IMG/VR virus record: IMGVR_UViG_3300044655_001643
Length of the DNA: 64,000 bases
Source of the DNA: a virus
Direction: 5' to 3' (one strand)
The position numbers and the translations under genes are program-made. Positions 58,964 through 64,000 of the stretch are shown one piece after another. The first letter of the stretch is position 1; the number at the start of each line of letters is the position of its first letter. The notes below the pieces were generated by a model that did not search any database, was not told the DNA's origin, and was given only the letters and a program-made list of their open reading frames with translations.

Positions 58964-59140
58964 TTATCCTTTGAGAAGTTGCTGGCTTCCTTCGGTGCGT
59001 AAATCTTCTTCAAAATCCTGCATATTCAGCCGAGCCAGTTCAGACCTCAGACTGTCTAGCTGAACTCTGTCAATGTTGGACTCAGCAATCTTATCCTCAA
59101 GTTCACGTATGCGTTTTCTGATTTGTTCTTTATACGACAT
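58964..59140 (-). CDS. Small coiled-coil protein (start corrected to MSYKEQ)
   Basis: SD AGGA; ends QQLLKG. Confidence 0.6.
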   Translation of the reverse strand: MSYKEQIRKRIRELEDKIAESNIDRVQLDSLRSELARLNMQDFEEDLRTEGSQQLLKG

Positions 59141-59282
59141 AATCTTTTTCCTGCTTGAGTAAGCGATACAGAGACTTGTCATGATGCTTTTGATTCTTCA
59201 ATTGTTGACTCTCATACTGCTCACGATTTTTGTGGAATTTAGTTTTCTTTGGCTTTTGAAATTTCTTACCGCCAGACAACAT
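59130..59282 (-). CDS. Small basic protein (start corrected to MLSGGKK)
   Basis: SD AGGAG; Lys-rich. Confidence 0.55.
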   Translation of the reverse strand: MLSGGKKFQKPKKTKFHKNREQYESQQLKNQKHHDKSLYRLLKQEKDYVV

Positions 59283-59293
59283 ATTTATTGCTC

Positions 59294-59830
59294 CTAAAAG
59301 ATAATATCTGCTACACCATATTCTACCAAGTCCTCTGCGGTCAACCAAACATCGGTTTGTCGCAGAAACTTGGATTTGACATCCTTGACTGACAGTTTTG
59401 AGCAGTCAGAAAGAATCTTTGCCATTTTGTGATGATACCTATCACACTCTTTGGCATAAGCCCGCATATCATGATACTTACCGCCCATTTCATCATTGAA
59501 TTGATGAATCATAATTGTCGTGTTCTTACCAACAGCACGATAACCTTTTTCACCAGCAGCAAATATCACAAATGCAGCACTCATTAGATTGCCATATGCA
59601 AGTGTACGAACAGGCACACCCACGCCTAGCATTAGATCAGTAAGCCCTATTGCATCACCTAAATTGCCACCTTCAGAGTTGATGTGCAGTGTTAGTGGCT
59701 TCTCAATCTTATTGAATTTGGCATAAAGCAACCAACGTGATGCTGCCTCAATAACTGTTGGCTCAATGCTGCCAGACAAAAAATGAGCATAGTGTTCAAA
59801 TTGTATTTCGTTCTCTTTGTTGTCGCTCAT
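59294..59830 (-). CDS. clpP: ClpP-family protease subunit
   Basis: LHINSEGG; catalytic Ser in LMSAA; IMIHQ His; D.WLTAE...YG.AD.I. Confidence 0.88.
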   Translation of the reverse strand: MSDNKENEIQFEHYAHFLSGSIEPTVIEAASRWLLYAKFNKIEKPLTLHINSEGGNLGDAIGLTDLMLGVGVPVRTLAYGNLMSAAFVIFAAGEKGYRAVGKNTTIMIHQFNDEMGGKYHDMRAYAKECDRYHHKMAKILSDCSKLSVKDVKSKFLRQTDVWLTAEDLVEYGVADIIF

Positions 59831-60767
59831 ACCAATTATATGCCGTTCTCAAAATAGATTTCAAGTTGTGTTTGGGTTTGAATTTCAGATATTCTTTAGC
59901 CGAGTCAATATTGGCTACAAGTTTTGATGGGTCGCCTTCTCTTCTTTTGCCAAATTCGTAGTCAATATCAAGTTGAAGTTCAGACTTTGCGGTGTTGATA
60001 ACCTGCAAGATAGAATAACCCTTTCCTATTCCTAAATTGAATAGTGTGGGTTGATTGTCGTATTTTGTTTGAAGATAGTTGTCTGCTAACACATGAGCAT
60101 CTGCTACATCGGAAACATGCACAAAATCACGAATACATGTACCATCAGGTGTATTATAATCGTTACCATTTACAATAAACTCCTTTTTATTATTTAGACT
60201 TTCGAACATTAGCGGAATCAAATGTGTTTCTGGTTCGTGCATCTCACCCATCTCACCATCTGGATCAGCACCAGCAAGATTGAAGAATCTAAAAATAATA
60301 TGATTTACTTTTGAATCACGAATGGCACACTCAGCAGCATACTTACTGTTTGCATAAGGATTGTTGTTACCTACTTGAGCTTTCTCAGAGAGTGTGGTAA
60401 GTTGAGGACTATAAAGACCGGCAGTAGAAGAATAAACAATATTCCTAACATTATACATCCTCATAAAATATAATAAATTGCAAGTGCCTCCTACATTGAC
60501 ATCCCAAAACACTTCAGGGAATTCAACTGATTCACCAACTTCAATTCGACCTGCAAGATGAAAAACGATATCAGGTGTCCAGTTTACAAAAACTCTGGAC
60601 AAGTCTTGATAAGAACGAATATCACCAGGACAATAAACATCCCAGTAAACATCACTCTGTGGTGTTTTGATATCAAAACAGACTGTGTAATAGCCTGCTT
60701 TCTTTAGTGCTTTTGCTAAATGTGAACCAAGATAACCCGAACCGCCAGTTACCAGTGCTTTTCTCAT
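59796..60767 (-). CDS. galE: UDP-glucose 4-epimerase
   Basis: LVTGGSGYLGSH; SSTA; YANSK; ETHLIP; TPDGTCIRDFVHV.D; RREGDP..L.A. Confidence 0.92.
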   Translation of the reverse strand: MRKALVTGGSGYLGSHLAKALKKAGYYTVCFDIKTPQSDVYWDVYCPGDIRSYQDLSRVFVNWTPDIVFHLAGRIEVGESVEFPEVFWDVNVGGTCNLLYFMRMYNVRNIVYSSTAGLYSPQLTTLSEKAQVGNNNPYANSKYAAECAIRDSKVNHIIFRFFNLAGADPDGEMGEMHEPETHLIPLMFESLNNKKEFIVNGNDYNTPDGTCIRDFVHVSDVADAHVLADNYLQTKYDNQPTLFNLGIGKGYSILQVINTAKSELQLDIDYEFGKRREGDPSKLVANIDSAKEYLKFKPKHNLKSILRTAYNWYERQQRERNTI

Positions 60768-61258
60768 CTATCTCTTTCAGATAAAATAGGATTCTTGATT
60801 GGCCAAAAGAAGTTGTGCATCGGGTCATTCCACTTGATTGTGAATTGTGACTCACGATCATAAAATTCACTTAGTTTGTAACTGAATACCGCTTCATCAG
60901 ACATAACCAAGTGGCCATTACCAAACTTTGGCGGTATCAGCAATTGATGCTTGTTACGATCCGATAGCGTGATAGTGAACCATTGATTGTATTGTTCATG
61001 CTCAGGATCACGATTGATGATGACCATGTGAATGGTGCCATACAAACATGATACCAGTTTGGTCGTTTTATTATCTCCATGAATGCCACGCAGAGTATGT
61101 TTGCGTGATGTGGAAATACTATCTACAACAAACGGATAAGATATCTCATCACGATATTTCGTATCATTGTAAGATTCAAAGTTTGTGCCACGAAAATCTT
61201 CATACACCGTTGGCTTGATTAACCTTACGCCTTCAAGTTCGGTATTTTCAACTATCAT
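60764..61258 (-). CDS. rmlC: dTDP-4-dehydrorhamnose 3,5-epimerase-like
   Basis: EDFRG.NFESY...S.K.TLRGIH...KLV.C..G...LIPP.FG.GH...YK...I.WNDP...WP...ILSE.D. Confidence 0.88.
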   Translation of the reverse strand: MIVENTELEGVRLIKPTVYEDFRGTNFESYNDTKYRDEISYPFVVDSISTSRKHTLRGIHGDNKTTKLVSCLYGTIHMVIINRDPEHEQYNQWFTITLSDRNKHQLLIPPKFGNGHLVMSDEAVFSYKLSEFYDRESQFTIKWNDPMHNFFWPIKNPILSERDR

Positions 61259-62013
61259 TATCCACTCACAATCGTTATGCCGGGTCCAACGGTGTATTCT
61301 TCCTTATACTGTTGTTTCCATGGGAAGCCATTTGGATATTGTTTTTCGTTTTCTGCATTGCCCTTTTCAAAGAATTCTGCATTTACAGAGTTTTCGTTGC
61401 CATCTAAACGATAGCACAGTGAATATTCTTTTGAACAAGAGAAGTTTGGAAAGTATTGTTTGAGTGCATTGAAGAATTGACGATCTGCGCCCCACTGTCC
61501 ATACCATGCTCCGCCGAGTTTTCGTGCAATGTCTGCTTTCACCATGAACGATGAAGTGTCAATGTGATACGCATCTTTGTTGAAATAGATTGGCCATTGA
61601 CCTAAAGATTCACAGTTATCTTCACAGACAAAGCTACCTTCTTTGTCGTGAACCTTTCTTAGTGAGTATGTCCAATCAACACCCTTTTTGATTCTCTCCA
61701 CAAGTTTCTCAACATGATTAGGCTCGAACCAATTATCTTCGTCAAGATAACATATGAGGTCAGCATTGACAAGATAGCCACATGCAGCATATACACGATG
61801 ACCATACCAGCCTTTGCCGATATTTTCTTGCAGACGGATTGTTTTGACTTTTGAAGCACCCTGAAGTTGATTCCAAATTTTGTCGCCATGCTCTTCCTCA
61901 CCATCAAGAAAAATATAATGCGTCAAATTTTCATATGTTTGTGCTTCAACAGACTGAATACATTTACTTAGAGTTTTTGCTCCGATTGTTGGAGTTACTA
62001 CTGCTACTTTCAT
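61258..62013 (-). CDS. GT2-family glycosyltransferase
   Basis: VAVVTPT...SV..QTY.N...DG...ICYLDEDNW..P.H. Confidence 0.85.
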   Translation of the reverse strand: MKVAVVTPTIGAKTLSKCIQSVEAQTYENLTHYIFLDGEEEHGDKIWNQLQGASKVKTIRLQENIGKGWYGHRVYAACGYLVNADLICYLDEDNWFEPNHVEKLVERIKKGVDWTYSLRKVHDKEGSFVCEDNCESLGQWPIYFNKDAYHIDTSSFMVKADIARKLGGAWYGQWGADRQFFNALKQYFPNFSCSKEYSLCYRLDGNENSVNAEFFEKGNAENEKQYPNGFPWKQQYKEEYTVGPGITIVSG

Positions 62014-62113
62014 TTTTCACCTTTTTACTAAAAATTTTATCCCAGTTGTCATTGAATTTTTCACGTGGTATTTCAATAGGTCTTGGCTTTGAGCCTTTTC
62101 CACCGTCACTCAT
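61964..62113 (-). CDS. Small conserved phage protein (49 aa)
   Basis: Manual translation MSDGGKGSKPRPIEIPREKFNDNWDKIFSKK...; the GKGS.PRP...NWD.IF motif is familiar from phage micro-ORFs. Confidence 0.6.
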   Translation of the reverse strand: MSDGGKGSKPRPIEIPREKFNDNWDKIFSKKVKNESSSSNSNNRSKNSK

Positions 62114-62546
62114 TCCAGTTCCTCAATATCCAAGATGATGAATTTCTTTTATCACTACCACCTACACCATAGGCAAAATTAATGCCCGGCACATTTACTT
62201 CTGCATTGTTTGATTCGTTTCTATCACCACCATTTGCAAACCAAATTTGAAAGTTAGACAATACCGGAAGTATTTGAGAATGATGTTCACGCACACGATA
62301 AAGTAAGTCACATGCTGTGCCATCCGAATCGTCGAACTCCCATACTTCATCAACCCAACGAATTGATCCGAGTATTGCTTTACGTTCACGAATGTCCATA
62401 AATGGCTTACCTTTTTTACGTGTAAGCCATGCATCAGAGTTTACGCCAACAATGAGTTTGTCACCCATAGCAGATGCATCACGCAACAGTGCAAGGTGAC
62501 CCGAATGAATGGGATCAAATCCACCAGAGACAACGACTATTTTCAT
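62106..62546 (-). CDS. Cytidylyltransferase-family nucleotidyltransferase
   Basis: SGGFDPIHSGH (HxGH); GVNSD.WL.RKKG; FANGGDR; K.NSSSWIL. Confidence 0.88.
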   Translation of the reverse strand: MKIVVVSGGFDPIHSGHLALLRDASAMGDKLIVGVNSDAWLTRKKGKPFMDIRERKAILGSIRWVDEVWEFDDSDGTACDLLYRVREHHSQILPVLSNFQIWFANGGDRNESNNAEVNVPGINFAYGVGGSDKRNSSSWILRNWNE

Positions 62547-62974
62547 ATGACCAAATCAGGAAATGCTTCTTTTACCAAATTAGCAGTTAGTTGTTTTACT
62601 TTGAAATCTTTTTGGAATACTTTGATGAGAATTGCTGCTTCATCTCTATGTAATGATTCTAGCATAACCAAAATCATTTGTGTAGTCTTTTCTGCGGTAA
62701 ACTCTGGTGGTCGCAAAGGATGATTTTTGATAAACCGGTACATGCGTGGCATTTCGGTATCAAGATATGCAAAATTCAAACCAGCAGGTTCTTTTGCTGG
62801 CCGATAGATATGCGGCATTATAATATCAAACTCAATTGCAGGATTGAATACTAATTGAAGAAAAAAACGAAAACGTTCATCACCCTCACGGCGTAGAATG
62901 TTTATTCGTTCCTGTTTTGTCGTTGCTTTTTCAAATTCCTCAAATATTTCGGAATATAATTTTTCAGAACTCAT
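62543..62974 (-). CDS. Conserved T4-like hypothetical protein next to rnh
   Basis: LE.LH..EA..LI....K......LT..LVKEAFP. Confidence 0.7.
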   Translation of the reverse strand: MSSEKLYSEIFEEFEKATTKQERINILRREGDERFRFFLQLVFNPAIEFDIIMPHIYRPAKEPAGLNFAYLDTEMPRMYRFIKNHPLRPPEFTAEKTTQMILVMLESLHRDEAAILIKVFQKDFKVKQLTANLVKEAFPDLVI

Positions 62975-62982
62975 AATTTCCT

Positions 62983-63831
62983 TTAAAATTCGTCAATGAC
63001 TTCAAGTAGATTTTTTAGTTTGTTTGCAATCATATAATTCATGAACTTCTGCTTGTTGTTGCCAGCAGCAGCATCATATGTATCTATGATGCCTTTTTGA
63101 AGAGTTTCTGGAATTTTTGTCAAGTCAATCAACAATTCATTTCGCTTATAATTACGCAACATTTCATCAGTACAAAATTCTTCTGGCTTTTGATTGAGCC
63201 AGTTGATAATTTTGGCTTCAGTGATAGGCTTTTGACGACCACCTTCAATGAACACATTGTCTTGTGTCAGAATGTTAGGTACGCCATCACCCTTATCACC
63301 ACGAATGATCATCTGCTTCAACTGAACTGCCGGAAGCGGTTCGTTGATGAACTTCTTCAATATAGGCGAATACTGTTGCACATTAGGATATTTCTGTAAC
63401 TGTGCAAAGTCTTTGTCGGATGATAGAATCATCACTTTTTCACTAGCAGACTTGAGTATCGCCAATGTAGCAATAATATCATCAGCCTCAGCCGTATCAA
63501 CATCAATCACTTTGTAAGGTGAGTAATTTTTCAACTCTTCTTTGATTTTATGCAAACATTCAAAGATAGAATTCCAGTCATGCCCAGAAGAATCTCTGGC
63601 TTTCTTACGGCTGGCTTTGTATTGTGGAAAATACTCACGGCGCCAGTAATTGCGATTATCACATGCAATCACAACTTCTGGTCCGTGTGTTTCCTTGAAC
63701 TTTTTGACATATGTTCTTATGACATTCAATATCATATGTCGAACAAGATTTTCTTCAACCGGTTTTTTAGATGAACCGATCTGCTCCATAAGTGACGATA
63801 TCGCCACTTGATTGTAATCAAAGATTATCAT
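62983..63831 (-). CDS. rnh: T4-type RNase H / 5'-3' flap nuclease
   Basis: D.RNYWRR..FP.YKA.R; EADDII; ILSSDKDF.QL; GDKGDGVPN. Confidence 0.95.
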   Translation of the reverse strand: MIIFDYNQVAISSLMEQIGSSKKPVEENLVRHMILNVIRTYVKKFKETHGPEVVIACDNRNYWRREYFPQYKASRKKARDSSGHDWNSIFECLHKIKEELKNYSPYKVIDVDTAEADDIIATLAILKSASEKVMILSSDKDFAQLQKYPNVQQYSPILKKFINEPLPAVQLKQMIIRGDKGDGVPNILTQDNVFIEGGRQKPITEAKIINWLNQKPEEFCTDEMLRNYKRNELLIDLTKIPETLQKGIIDTYDAAAGNNKQKFMNYMIANKLKNLLEVIDEF

Positions 63832-63929
63832 TTTACGTGTTTTCCTAGAATCACACCTTTGAACAAAGTCAAAAGTGCGACTCGTAAATGGAATTTAAAT
63901 TTACGGTAGTAATAACCACGCATGGTCAT
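63828..63929 (-). CDS. Possible 33-aa basic peptide
   Basis: MTMRGYYYRKFKFHLRVALLTLFKGVILGKHVK; fills the gap exactly, and its stop overlaps the rnh start. Confidence 0.4.
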   Translation of the reverse strand: MTMRGYYYRKFKFHLRVALLTLFKGVILGKHVK

Positions 63930-64000
63930 TTAGTCACCCTCAGTAGAATTGTATCAACATTGATTCGTCCTGTCAATGCTTTTTCAGCGGCACGAATATC
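63930..64000 (-). CDS. 3' end of a conserved hypothetical protein (truncated by the window)
   Basis: ...ALTGRINVDTILLRVTK*. Confidence 0.6.

Noticed and set aside
1-64000. Stop-codon reassignment or introns/inteins
   Set aside because: Core genes are full length in the standard code with dense packing; no homing endonuclease or splice motifs seen.

Overview
A 64-kb segment of a large, AT-rich T4-like myophage, most similar in style to uncultured aquatic T4-like phages. The host is probably a beta- or gammaproteobacterium, judged from its ssrA tag. From left to right: neck genes gp14/gp13; a ~20-kb fibre/adhesin cluster sitting where T4 has gp9-12/wac; a VrlC/DUF4815-type giant structural protein; baseplate genes gp8-7-6-25-5-(27)-53-48; a divergent block gp4-2-54-26-51 plus a tape-measure-like gene; gp32, gp59, gp33 and SleB; a circularly permuted (two-piece) tmRNA; exonuclease, PhoH, a DenV-like gene and small early genes with consensus sigma70 promoters; a second fibre/adhesin island with its own late promoter; ClpP; a nucleotide-sugar/glycosyltransferase cluster; and RNase H. 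Three observations stand out. (1) An apparent plug-and-socket system for building a branched appendage, in which short terminal motifs, three paralogous ~110-127 aa adaptors and shared repeat stalks link many different adhesin tips. (2) A virion-wide excess of Ala/Gly/Ser-Asn motifs together with phage glycosyltransferases, suggesting phage-directed Asn glycosylation. (3) A two-piece tmRNA (tag ANDESYALAA) whose acceptor piece overlaps an upstream small ORF, in the same window as ClpP. All assignments come from motif recognition and gene order; no database searches were run.
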